Assembly (NCBI GenBank): GCA_965242865.1
Contig: CBDETK010000013.1
Location: 5,408,001-5,472,000 of the forward strand
Source of the DNA: Candidatus Latescibacterota bacterium
GTDB taxonomy: Bacteria > Latescibacterota > UBA2968 > UBA8231
Direction: 5' to 3'
DNA: 64,000 bases
Made by a program: the position numbers and the translations under genes. Each line of letters opens with the position of its first letter. Position 1 is the first letter of the stretch. Of the stretch, positions 55,305-64,000 are shown one piece after another. The notes under the pieces are model-generated. The model was not told the origin of the DNA and did not search any database. It worked only from the letters and a program-made list of their open reading frames with translations.

Positions 55305-56557
55305 GGGCGGTCCTCAAAAAGTTGCAAGCGAGCGGCGTTGATTTCCTGCTCACCGTACCCGTACAAGCCGGCGACCTTCTCCAATACTTGGTTCATGAGG
55401 ATATCCGGGCAGGACGCGCCCGAGGTAATGACTAGCCGCACGGGCAGGGAGCGCGGCAGCCAGCCTTCGCTCTCGATTACTTTCTTAGTATGAATGTCGA
55501 GATGGCGGATGCGCTGGGCCGATAGGATCTCGTCGCTGTTGGCAATGAGAAAGCTCGGCATGGATTGGAGGCATAGCTCGACTAAATGCGAGGTGTTCGA
55601 GCTATTGTAGCCGCCGACGATCAGGGCCAAATCGGCACCGGAACTTAGCAGCGTGCGCGTGGCGTTCTGGTTTTGGTGGGTAGCGTAGCACAGGGTGTCG
55701 TTGGTGTCGGCGCAGTGGTAGTCGAGGTTTTCCGCGCCGTAGCGCTGGCGCATGGCGCGGCGCAAAACAGCGGCCACTTCCTGCGTTTCCTCGGCGAGCA
55801 TGGTCGTCTGGTTGACCACGGCCACCCGCTCTAGGTCCCTTTGCGGGTCAAAGCCCGCTGAGCATTTGTCGGCAAAGGTGCGCTCAAAGGCGGCGAGTGG
55901 CATCTTGCCCGTGATGTACGCGGCCACCTTTTCGGCTTCGGCCGCGTCGAACACCACTAAGGTCTTGGTGTGTGCCTCGGTGTGCGAATGAGTGGCTTGA
56001 GTCTCGGCGTGGTTGTACTTGCCGTGGATGATGATGGTATAGCCTTGGCGGCCCAGCTCTTCGCCGCGCTTCCACACCTTGGACACAAAAGGGCAGGTGG
56101 TGTCGTAGTTTTCCCGGTATTCTTCGGACTCGATGGCGATGCCGCTGTGGCGGAGCGATTCCTCGATCTGCGTGGTGGTGCCAAAGGCCGGAATCAGGGC
56201 GATGTCTTCGCTGGTCAATTCCTCCTCGGCGATCTGGCGGTCCCCCTCGGAGTCGTAGATGAAGCGGACGCCTTGCTTTTTGAGGTCGTTGTTGACTAGG
56301 GGGTTGTGGATGATTTCGCTGACGAGGTACGTGTTGCGCCCCGGGTTTTCCTTTAAGGCCGAAAAGGCCATGTGAATGGCCCGCTCCACCCCGAAGCAAA
56401 AGCCAAAGTGCCGGGGGATTAAAACCTGTAGCTGGCCGATTGCTAGGAGGGTCGGACAGAGCGAACGCTTGCCGTTTTTTAGGCGGTAGTTCTTAACGCG
56501 CTCGATGACGGGGCCGGCGTAGTGATTGGGGACCCGGTCGAATTGCGAATACGCCAT
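55301..56557 (-). CDS. ispH: 4-hydroxy-3-methylbut-2-enyl diphosphate reductase
   Basis: GFCFGVERAI, IIHNP, DTTCPFV, NQTT, TLCYAT, GGYNSSNT, TSGASCP. Confidence 0.95.
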   Translation of the reverse strand: MAYSQFDRVPNHYAGPVIERVKNYRLKNGKRSLCPTLLAIGQLQVLIPRHFGFCFGVERAIHMAFSALKENPGRNTYLVSEIIHNPLVNNDLKKQGVRFIYDSEGDRQIAEEELTSEDIALIPAFGTTTQIEESLRHSGIAIESEEYRENYDTTCPFVSKVWKRGEELGRQGYTIIIHGKYNHAETQATHSHTEAHTKTLVVFDAAEAEKVAAYITGKMPLAAFERTFADKCSAGFDPQRDLERVAVVNQTTMLAEETQEVAAVLRRAMRQRYGAENLDYHCADTNDTLCYATHQNQNATRTLLSSGADLALIVGGYNSSNTSHLVELCLQSMPSFLIANSDEILSAQRIRHLDIHTKKVIESEGWLPRSLPVRLVITSGASCPDILMNQVLEKVAGLYGYGEQEINAARLQLFEDRP

Positions 56558-56698
56558 GCAAAGCTCCTCGTGGAATTTTTATCTATGGAAGTACATAGTA
56601 TGGCATCGGCCTAAACTGTCAATAGGGTGCTCTGCTCGGGGCCGGGCGATTGGTTATATTGTCCGGCGCTGAATTCACCTGTACGGGAGTGCCAACCC

Positions 56699-57763
56699 AT
56701 GAAATTCGTCATTCGCGCCGGCGGGATCGGTACGCGGCTGTGGCCCTATAGCCGAGTGCGCAAGCCCAAACAGTTCCACTGCTTGGTCGGCGAGCAGACC
56801 ATGCTCCAAGCCGCGGTCGCCCGCATCAGCGCGATTGCCGCGCCAACCGACATGTACATATCGACCGGACGCCCATTGCAGGCACTGGTGCGCGAACAGG
56901 TGCCGGTGCTGCCGCCCGAGCAGCTCATCGTCGAGCCGGCTCTGCGTAATACCGGGCCGGCCATCGGCTTGGAGTGCGCCTTATTGGAGGCTCGCCATCC
57001 GGGCTGTACGGTCGCCAGCTTGGGATCGGACCACTACATAGGCCGGCCCGAGGAGTTTTGCCGCTTGTTGCAGGTGGCCGACCAAGCCCTAACCGACCGG
57101 CCCGACTGCTTGTTCACGCTGGGGGTTGAGCCGACGCGCCCGGAGACCGGGTACGGCTACATCCGCCGCGGCCCGGTGCTGGCCGAGGTGCATGGGACGC
57201 CGGTGTACGCGGTCGCCGAGTTTACGGAAAAGCCCGCGGCCCAACAGGCGGCCGAGTACGCGGCCAGCGGCCACTACTTGTGGAACAGCAACACGTTTGT
57301 CTGGAAGGCGGCGACCGTGCTGGAGCTGTTCGCCCGGTTTGAGCCGGCCATGCACGCCGGGTTGCAGCGCATCCAAGCAGCCGTTGGCACGCCGCAAGAG
57401 GAAGCGGTCATCGCCCGCGAGTATCCCCAACTCAAGCCGATCTCCATCGATCACGCCTTAGTCGAGTGCGCCCCCCAGGTGGCTACGCTCGCGGCGAATA
57501 TCGACTGGGGCGACATTGGTTCTTGGGCCGCACTGACGGACGTATTGCCGACGGATGCGGCGGGCAATTTGCTGGCGGATGAGGTGCTGGCGTTGGACGC
57601 GGCCGGTTCGACCGTGTACGGGCAAAGCGACAAGATCGTGCTGCTATTGGGGGTGGAGGACTTGGTGGTGGTGGATACTGAAGACGCGCTGCTGGTGTGC
57701 GCCAAGGGGGCGGCGCAGCAGGTGAAGGACGCGGTGGAGCAACTAAAAGAGAAATACCGCTAG
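56699..57763 (+). CDS. manC: Mannose-1-phosphate guanylyltransferase
   Basis: AGGIGTRLWPYSR..KPKQF, EP..RNTGPAI, PETGYGYI, FTEKP, WGDIGSW, VVVDTEDALLV. Confidence 0.9.
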   Translation: MKFVIRAGGIGTRLWPYSRVRKPKQFHCLVGEQTMLQAAVARISAIAAPTDMYISTGRPLQALVREQVPVLPPEQLIVEPALRNTGPAIGLECALLEARHPGCTVASLGSDHYIGRPEEFCRLLQVADQALTDRPDCLFTLGVEPTRPETGYGYIRRGPVLAEVHGTPVYAVAEFTEKPAAQQAAEYAASGHYLWNSNTFVWKAATVLELFARFEPAMHAGLQRIQAAVGTPQEEAVIAREYPQLKPISIDHALVECAPQVATLAANIDWGDIGSWAALTDVLPTDAAGNLLADEVLALDAAGSTVYGQSDKIVLLLGVEDLVVVDTEDALLVCAKGAAQQVKDAVEQLKEKYR

Positions 57764-57854
57764 GCCTAAAATCCCTAGCAGAACTCGCCAAAAACGTCAG
57801 TCATTAAGAATTAAAAAAATCGCCACCGGCGGGAGGAAGGGTAGCCCGAAGGAG

Positions 57855-60599
57855 CTACGATCGCTCGACGCGCACCTGATCCTTCAGGTCGAGATCGTCG
57901 AGCACCTGCCGCAGCTCGGTTTCCACGGTCTGGGCAAATTGCGCGGGGACGCGCACGGTGAATTCTATGCCGACGCAAAGGTCTTCTCCAGAGCGCAGCT
58001 TGGGCAGCAGTTTGGTTCCCAAGCGATTCCAGACTTCGGGCGGCACAACGCCGGTGAGCCTAAGCGCGGTCTTTTGATTGGCTGGACTCGGGGCCGGGGC
58101 CGGCTGGGGTGGAGGCTCGGGGCGCGGCGCGGGTTCCGGTTCTGGCTGGGGCGCATCTTCAGGCGCGGCTTTGAGTGCTTGGGCCTTGGCTTTGGCTACC
58201 AAGAACACGTTCTCCTCAAACACCACATCCTCGGCAGCGACCGCCTCTTCATACCACAGCCGATTGAGGTTGGCGCCGGAGGCTAGGCCGAACTCTCCCC
58301 GCGCCACAAACTCAACGATCTTCTGACGCAAGATCGCGTCGGGATCGATCAGCCGCGTCAACGCGCCGTTCAAAAAACTCTGGCGCAGGCTCGTCAGCGG
58401 CCACGCCCCCGCGTCTTTGAACGCGGCCGGCCAGTGGCGGTCGATGTAGCCGGCCCCCACGTTCTCGTTGAGCAGGGCCTCGGCTTTCAACGCACTGATG
58501 ATCCGTCCGCAGAGGGTTTGGCTGGCACTGGCGTGGCCGGCTCCGAGGTCGATGATCTTGAGCTGGTGCTCTTCTCGATTGTCCGCCAGCGCGACAAAGC
58601 GGTAGCCAGCCCATACCTCGTCCTTGGCCGCTTCCTCTGCGTCGCGAACGTGGGCCTGAAGCTCGGCGCGGTCCGCACGGTCGTATTCTGAGCCGAGGAC
58701 GCCCTCGGCCACCTCGTGCGCGACGCGCTTCCAAGCGAGCCATAGCTCGACCTTGTCGCGCAGTTCGCGCCCCGGCTTCCGCGCACACCAGACCAACGAA
58801 CCGCGGTACAGCCGGGGCGCGGTGCCCCGCTCCTGCGTCCAATCGCCAATGCGCTCGATCACTCGGTTGCCGCTGGGCCATTCCTCATCCGGGTCGAGGA
58901 CGATGAGGGCCAAGCGCGGCGAATCCGGGACTGCGGTGCTGTCTTGGGGGAAGAAGCTCGTCGGCAGGGTCGCACCGCGGTTGAACTCTTCCTCGACCAG
59001 CTTGCGGATCGCCGGCTTGATCTCGGCGGTCTCGTCGAGCGACGCCCGCCGGTCGCTGACGACCTTGCGCAGGGTCGCTTGGTGGTGGATGCGGTAGCCG
59101 TCTGTGCCGACTTTGCGGATAAAGAACCCCGACCCTTCGAGGGCGGTCGCCGCGCTGTCAATCGTCGTGGTTTCGACTTGGGGCTCCCCGAGCGCAAAGC
59201 GCAATTCCGGCAGATGGGCCACCTTATCTACCTGCCCGCCAGAGGACTCAAACAGGATGGCCGTGCCCACGCGGCGGTGGATGTCGCGCAACGCGCCCGT
59301 GGCATCGGCATCGAGCGGTCTGGCCCGGGCCGTCAATCCCGCGAGGTCGGCGTCAATCGCCACGTCGAGCCGCGACTCGCCCAACTGGCCCAAGACCACA
59401 GCGCGGAACTCGGGCACATCCAACGGCGCCGCCCCCAGCGTAATCAGCGGCTCGGTGCGCGCCTTGGTAAATTGCTCGCGGGCGGCCCAAGAAATCCATT
59501 GCGCGAGCATGGCCAGCGCCCCGCGGGTTTGCTGGAACTGAGTGAGCGCGCGCCACTTGCGCTGAAAGACCGAAAGGGTGGCCGGATGAAAGGGATAGCA
59601 CGCGGCAAATCGGCCCCGCAAAAACTCCTTGGCCTTGGCTTCGGTCGTCGCGGTATCGACCGCCAGCCACTCGGCCGGTAAGCGGGCAGTGCGTTCAAAG
59701 CACCAGTCCGCGTACGTCTTGGCGACGCGCTTGCGAACGCGCTCGCTGCCGAGGTCCTCAAACAACCGCCGACGCACCACTTCGCTGATCTCGGATTCGT
59801 CGTTGGCAATTAGATCGCGGGCGACGCGGCGCACCACCTTGGTGATTCGGTCTTGCCACTGCTGATCCCAATCGGTCATTTCGACTTGGCTGCGCGGCAG
59901 GCTGATGACCGCGGCGGCCTGCGTGCTGCCGGTGACCGCGACGGTCAGGTTTTGTAGGAAGGCGTGGAAAGGCTCGGCTAGGTCGCGGTGGCGGTTGACG
60001 AAGTTCAGGACTTCATCGAACAACAGCAGCACGGGTGCGTCCGCCGCGGCGAATACGTTGGCGAGTGCCTCGGTGCCCGGTGGCGTGGTTTTTGCGGTCG
60101 CCCCGAGCGCGGCCACGCCCGTTTCGCCGGCCAGTTGGCGGGCTAGATCGATCCAAGGCGTCTCTCGGCCCTCTGCCGGGTCCCAAGCATTGCCGACGAA
60201 GACGCCGACGCGGGCGGGCGGAGCTTTGGCAAGCCCCGCCTCGTTTAGGAGGTCTGCCACCCCGAGGAACTGGGCGGCCTCTGCGCCGGCCTTGGCGATG
60301 TGATACAGGGAAGCGAGGGTATGGGTCTTGCCGCCGCCGAATTGGGTGACGAGCGTGAGGACCGGGGCTGTGTTCTCGGTCTTGCCGGAAAGTCGCCGGA
60401 GGACCATGCCGGCGTGTTCCTTTAGGGCGCGGGTGAAGCAGGTGCGCGAAAAAAATTGCGCGGGCTCGCGGTAATCGGCCGGAGCGGTTTGGGCGACGAT
60501 TTGCTCTAGGGCGATGGCGAACTCGTCCGGGCTGAACGAGCGGCCTTCGCGCACTTCCCTGCGGAGCGTTACGATTTTGTACCAAGGGTCGAGGGCCAT
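57855..60599 (-). CDS. DUF499 AAA+ ATPase
   Basis: PW...REV, Y..P..FF, TQFGGGKTHTL, LFDE, VVRRRLF, YPFHP, FQQTRGAL. Confidence 0.9.
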   Translation of the reverse strand: MALDPWYKIVTLRREVREGRSFSPDEFAIALEQIVAQTAPADYREPAQFFSRTCFTRALKEHAGMVLRRLSGKTENTAPVLTLVTQFGGGKTHTLASLYHIAKAGAEAAQFLGVADLLNEAGLAKAPPARVGVFVGNAWDPAEGRETPWIDLARQLAGETGVAALGATAKTTPPGTEALANVFAAADAPVLLLFDEVLNFVNRHRDLAEPFHAFLQNLTVAVTGSTQAAAVISLPRSQVEMTDWDQQWQDRITKVVRRVARDLIANDESEISEVVRRRLFEDLGSERVRKRVAKTYADWCFERTARLPAEWLAVDTATTEAKAKEFLRGRFAACYPFHPATLSVFQRKWRALTQFQQTRGALAMLAQWISWAAREQFTKARTEPLITLGAAPLDVPEFRAVVLGQLGESRLDVAIDADLAGLTARARPLDADATGALRDIHRRVGTAILFESSGGQVDKVAHLPELRFALGEPQVETTTIDSAATALEGSGFFIRKVGTDGYRIHHQATLRKVVSDRRASLDETAEIKPAIRKLVEEEFNRGATLPTSFFPQDSTAVPDSPRLALIVLDPDEEWPSGNRVIERIGDWTQERGTAPRLYRGSLVWCARKPGRELRDKVELWLAWKRVAHEVAEGVLGSEYDRADRAELQAHVRDAEEAAKDEVWAGYRFVALADNREEHQLKIIDLGAGHASASQTLCGRIISALKAEALLNENVGAGYIDRHWPAAFKDAGAWPLTSLRQSFLNGALTRLIDPDAILRQKIVEFVARGEFGLASGANLNRLWYEEAVAAEDVVFEENVFLVAKAKAQALKAAPEDAPQPEPEPAPRPEPPPQPAPAPSPANQKTALRLTGVVPPEVWNRLGTKLLPKLRSGEDLCVGIEFTVRVPAQFAQTVETELRQVLDDLDLKDQVRVERS

Positions 60600-60608
60600 T
60601 TTCAGTTC

Positions 60609-60735
60609 CTATTGATTTGTTATCTGCCGTAATTTGGCGCGAAGATCGTCCAAAAACGCCTTTAGCGACGAATCGCTCTTCCCTGCTCGATAGAAGTCCA
60701 TACCCTCTACCAGTTCAGAAGCGAAGATTACTCAT
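60609..60735 (-). pseudogene. Collapsed partner gene of the upstream ATPase (start joined out of frame to C-terminus)
   Basis: ATG overlaps the ATPase end (MSN..); another frame gives ASELVEGMDFYRAGKSDSSLKAFLDDLRAKLRQITNQ*. Confidence 0.55.
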
Positions 60736-61972
60736 CAATGAGTCCGCGCAGTATCAGGCTTTCAAACATACCATCTTCCATCTGGCTGGCGAGTGCCGCC
60801 GCGATTTCTGTATCCTGAAACAGCGAGCCTGTAACATCGAAGGGGTCGATCACCGTCCCCTGATTCGCAAGGCGGACATTGAAGAGGCCAATATCGCTTG
60901 ATTGTGTCTCGCGCTTCATCTTCATGATTGCATCGACAAACAGTGGTGAATGCGTGGTGACAACAACTTGGCCTCGACGCTCCTCGACAACAGAGAACAG
61001 AAGCCGAGCGATCAGTTCGAGCCGGCGTGGATGAACGCCGTTTTCGGGTTCCTCCAGTGTTAGGAGAGAGCCGCCCCAAGGGTTCGCAGCGATGGTGCAG
61101 AGTGCGAGAACCCGCAGCGTTCCTTCAGATAAGATGCGAGAGGAATACTCTACGCCTGCCTGCTGGACCAACAGATCCAAGGTGCCGCGTCGCTCGTCTA
61201 GTTCGACGTTTAGCGTCTCAATGCTCGGTACGATTGAGCGCAATGTTCGCAGGACGGCAGCAAAATACTTGGGGTGCTCAGCTCGGAGCTTATATAAAAA
61301 TGACGCGATGTACTCGCCGTGAATGCCAATATCCAACACGTCGGCCGGGGACTCCTCCGCCCGCATCTGCATCCGTGGCTCGAAATAGTACGTGCGCCAG
61401 TTCAGCAACTCTGAACGGACTTGCTCTAGCCAAGGGTATCCGTTGCCGCCCAAGCTCCGGTCAGACAGAATAGAGTGGTTCAAGCCGACCGGCTCCTGTC
61501 GCGGATGAGCCGGCTTGCCCTTGCGGCGGATGTGGAAGTTAGATCCCACGCGCTCAATGGCCGCGGCCCCCTTCGGGTTTCCGGCCGCACTGAGTTGAGC
61601 CAAATACTCGTCGGCAACGCTGAGTTGTCCCGATCTAAAATCTATTTCCGGCTCGACGCGATATCGATAACCTCCTTTCTCAGTAGCCAGATCGGCCTCC
61701 AGTGTAAACCGTGCAGATTGTTTCTGAAGCAAAGCGGGTAGTCCTTCCGCAGAAAAAGAGAATGCTTCAAAGGCATAACCGCGTACCGGAAACGATCCTC
61801 CGAGTGCGTCGAATAGCGTACGTGCGTTGCCCATCCACGAAAGAGCTTGGATGGCGTCCAGCAGATTGCTCTTGCCAACAGCATTAGGCCCAAAAAGGAC
61901 CGCCAAACGGGGCAGGTCGACCGTGACTTCGCTGAGCGACTTGAAGTTGCGGACGGTCAGTCTCTTGAGCAT
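60728..61972 (-). CDS. AAA_21 / ABC-type (SMC/RecF-like) ATPase
   Basis: ATG 61972 (GGAG); NFKSL, GPNAVGKSN, LSEGTLR, LEEPENGVHP, VTTHSP. Confidence 0.88.
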   Translation of the reverse strand: MLKRLTVRNFKSLSEVTVDLPRLAVLFGPNAVGKSNLLDAIQALSWMGNARTLFDALGGSFPVRGYAFEAFSFSAEGLPALLQKQSARFTLEADLATEKGGYRYRVEPEIDFRSGQLSVADEYLAQLSAAGNPKGAAAIERVGSNFHIRRKGKPAHPRQEPVGLNHSILSDRSLGGNGYPWLEQVRSELLNWRTYYFEPRMQMRAEESPADVLDIGIHGEYIASFLYKLRAEHPKYFAAVLRTLRSIVPSIETLNVELDERRGTLDLLVQQAGVEYSSRILSEGTLRVLALCTIAANPWGGSLLTLEEPENGVHPRRLELIARLLFSVVEERRGQVVVTTHSPLFVDAIMKMKRETQSSDIGLFNVRLANQGTVIDPFDVTGSLFQDTEIAAALASQMEDGMFESLILRGLIDE

Positions 61973-62055
61973 TTGCGCTCTCCTATCGCGGTATCCCCCA
62001 GCGACTCCAATTTCGTTACCCAGCCATTGAACCGAAGGCATTTAGCGCGAATCAC
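61957..62055 (-). pseudogene. Collapsed DUF4276-like gene
   Basis: GTG overlaps upstream stop; MIRAKCLRFNGWVTKLESL matches the usual DUF4276 C-terminus joined directly to the start. Confidence 0.6.
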
Positions 62056-62621
62056 GGGCGTCCTCCGAGCAGGTTCTTCTGCCAGAGCTCGCCCGGTGTG
62101 AAGTTATCGTCGAGCCATACCTGATAGTCATCTGGGGATAGCTTGCGAACTTCAGTACGACCGTCCCGTAGCTCTAATACGAAAATCTCGTCGAGACCGA
62201 ACGCATCAACCAGCAAGGGCGATTGTGTTGCCACAATGACCTGCCTGTCCTCGGCGAGGGACTTTATCATACCCCCGACCAAAGCGATAGCGGCCGAACG
62301 GTCGGGCTGAGCACGGGAAAGCATGAACCGATAGTCGCCATAGCCCTCATCGATTCGCAATCTAACCTCGGCCTCTATGCGTGGCGTCCGTCGGCTGCCG
62401 CCATGTAATTGGTCATCGGCTCCTCCTTGGCTACCGATGAACTCGGCGAGCCTGCGATGCTCGAGCATCCAACTCAGCATTTCAAAGAAGCGAATGAAAT
62501 TCGACTTGCCTGAGCCGTTGGCACCGATTAGGACCGCCGCCTTGGGAATTCCCGCAAGCTCAACATCGGCCAACGACCGGAAGCCGCGGATGCGGACGGA
62601 TTCGATCATTGTTGAGTCCAT
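62052..62621 (-). pseudogene. AAA_21 ATPase with in-frame internal deletion
   Basis: GFRSL and GANGSGKSN present, VATQS and GELWQKNLLGGRP present, but signature and Walker B (DEPE) missing; 189 aa. Confidence 0.78.
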
Positions 62622-62668
62622 TTCGTTCCTTTCACCTCGGTGCCGCCAAGAGCATGGCGTCGATGTAG

Positions 62669-63145
62669 TTATTTCTGGCATAGATCTCGTCGTCCAAGTA
62701 GTCTCTTGTGGGTAGGCGTGAAACGCTGGTTCGTACGTGTGGTGTAGATCTTGCCTCGTGGTCGGTTTATCAGATCCCTGTTCTTGAAATCCTCGCCTAG
62801 TCTCTTCTCTCTTTCACTGCTCTCATTAGTAAACAATAGACGCGCTCCACTGATTTGGGCTAAGGCGATGATGTGCGAATCGTCTGAAACGCATTTACCC
62901 TTGATCGCCTCTGCTTTAGCGTTGACCTGATCTTCGTTCATGGTCCTCATTTTGCCCGCTTCTCCTAACGTACTCGCCCATTCTCTAAATGTTGGCGAAC
63001 CGTCTTTAAGTTCTTCAAGTAGCTTGCCGCCGACTATCAAGCGTTCTGATCCTGCGTTGATCCAATCATAGAATTTCTCGCCTGCCTCAGATTGACTGGG
63101 ACCGAAAACTTCATTGGCTACATTCGCATCAACAATTGCACACAT
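62669..63145 (-). CDS. PIN-domain-like protein
   Basis: IVDANV, LLEEL, SDDSHIIALA..SGARLLFTN acidic PIN pattern. Confidence 0.72.
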   Translation of the reverse strand: MCAIVDANVANEVFGPSQSEAGEKFYDWINAGSERLIVGGKLLEELKDGSPTFREWASTLGEAGKMRTMNEDQVNAKAEAIKGKCVSDDSHIIALAQISGARLLFTNESSEREKRLGEDFKNRDLINRPRGKIYTTRTNQRFTPTHKRLLGRRDLCQK

Positions 63146-63148
63146 GGC

Positions 63149-64000
63149 TCAACTCCTTTCAGCCTTTCGTCTCTTCCAAATAGACCGTTCCATTTCATTG
63201 ATGAAGAACTGCCGATATACCGGAGGGGCATTCAGGACGTTTCCCTCGGCGTCTATTTCTAGTGAATGAATATGTACGTCGAGGTCGCGTCGCTCGAAGA
63301 AGAGAATGGAAACGTCTTCGGGTTTCAGGTTCCCCTCGCTGTCGCGAACGTCCATGCGCACCCGGCTGAGCAGGTGATCGCTATGCGTCTCAATCACCAA
63401 TTGACGCTCCGGCCCGGCAATTTGGCAGAATAGACTGCCCAGAGCGGCTTGGGCACTGGGATGGAGATGTACTTCCGGTTGCTGGAGCAGAAAAATGGAC
63501 GGGGCGTCTGAACGCAGTAACTCGGTGACGACAGGGAGCACTTGGCTCACTCCATAACCTACGTCAATCAAGTTGCGTTGCGGCCCCTTAACCCTTTTCC
63601 CGTATTTTCGGATCTGCACCTGAAAAGGCTCGGTCTCCTTCTTGTCGAAAGACTTGACCGAGATTTCGTCAAAAAGGCCGGCGTCTTGACCAAATTTTTC
63701 GAGCGCGTCCTTGAGGGTTTCCCATTGCTTTTTATGCTGGAAATACAAATTGGACAGGTACATGGGAATGTAGTCGCCTTCGGGGTCCTGTGTCGGGAGT
63801 GCGGGGTCGTAGGTACGACGTGGCTTGGAGCGAACAGGTGCGCTGGCATACGGTTCGGATGCGTGAAAGAGAAAACGGCCTGATTGGCTAGCGTATATAA
63901 CCTCTTTGATTTTTTTTAAGTCCGCTTTTGTAGGAGCCGCTGCACCTGCTAGTGCGTTCCATTGATGATTTTCTTCGAGCGTTTCTGTAAAATGCCAAAT
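63149..64000 (-). CDS. AAA/ABC ATPase with DUF3696-like C-terminus (5' end beyond window)
   Basis: Frame open to window end; DVGYGVSQVLP, LQQPEVHLHPSAQ, IETHSDH. Confidence 0.85.
   Translation of the reverse strand: MWHFTETLEENHQWNALAGAAAPTKADLKKIKEVIYASQSGRFLFHASEPYASAPVRSKPRRTYDPALPTQDPEGDYIPMYLSNLYFQHKKQWETLKDALEKFGQDAGLFDEISVKSFDKKETEPFQVQIRKYGKRVKGPQRNLIDVGYGVSQVLPVVTELLRSDAPSIFLLQQPEVHLHPSAQAALGSLFCQIAGPERQLVIETHSDHLLSRVRMDVRDSEGNLKPEDVSILFFERRDLDVHIHSLEIDAEGNVLNAPPVYRQFFINEMERSIWKRRKAERS

Overview
GC-rich bacterial window. It contains LRR/YWTD eukaryote-like proteins, CRTAC1/ASPIC-UnbV proteins, FlgD-Ig secreted proteins, a C-terminal 'TSWGRVK' motif, a DUF6785-type membrane protein and orphan BMC vertex genes. 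Together these suggest (inference) a Latescibacterota/Poribacteria-like, probably sponge-associated organism. Main content: (i) an FG-GAP/ASPIC-UnbV gene interrupted by one in-frame UGA followed by a bacterial SECIS-like hairpin (candidate selenoprotein); (ii) a defence island (type IIG RM, Zn-ribbon/HEPN protein, DUF6883, DUF4926-PLD-SNF2 helicase) bracketed by a duplicated 3' end of that gene; (iii) an LRR+YWTD lipoprotein gene bracketed by a second duplicated junction; (iv) a ~20-kb minus-strand envelope cluster (DUF6785-like permease, three paralogous FlgD-Ig proteins ending in VAY, an 878-aa putative outer-membrane protein, a CBM9-like secreted protein, lipoprotein, PPIase, TPR) whose gaps hold decayed TA-like genes and REP repeats; (v) acyl-ACP desaturase divergent from a sigma54-type HTH-pspA operon, a promoter with two SOS-box-like sites, ispH coupled to three EutN/CcmL genes, and a mannose-1-P guanylyltransferase; (vi) a DUF499 ATPase preceded by partly deleted ATPase/partner cassettes. 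I saw no rRNA, tRNA, CRISPR array, integrase, transposase or reverse transcriptase. All family assignments come from motif recognition by eye, not database searches.
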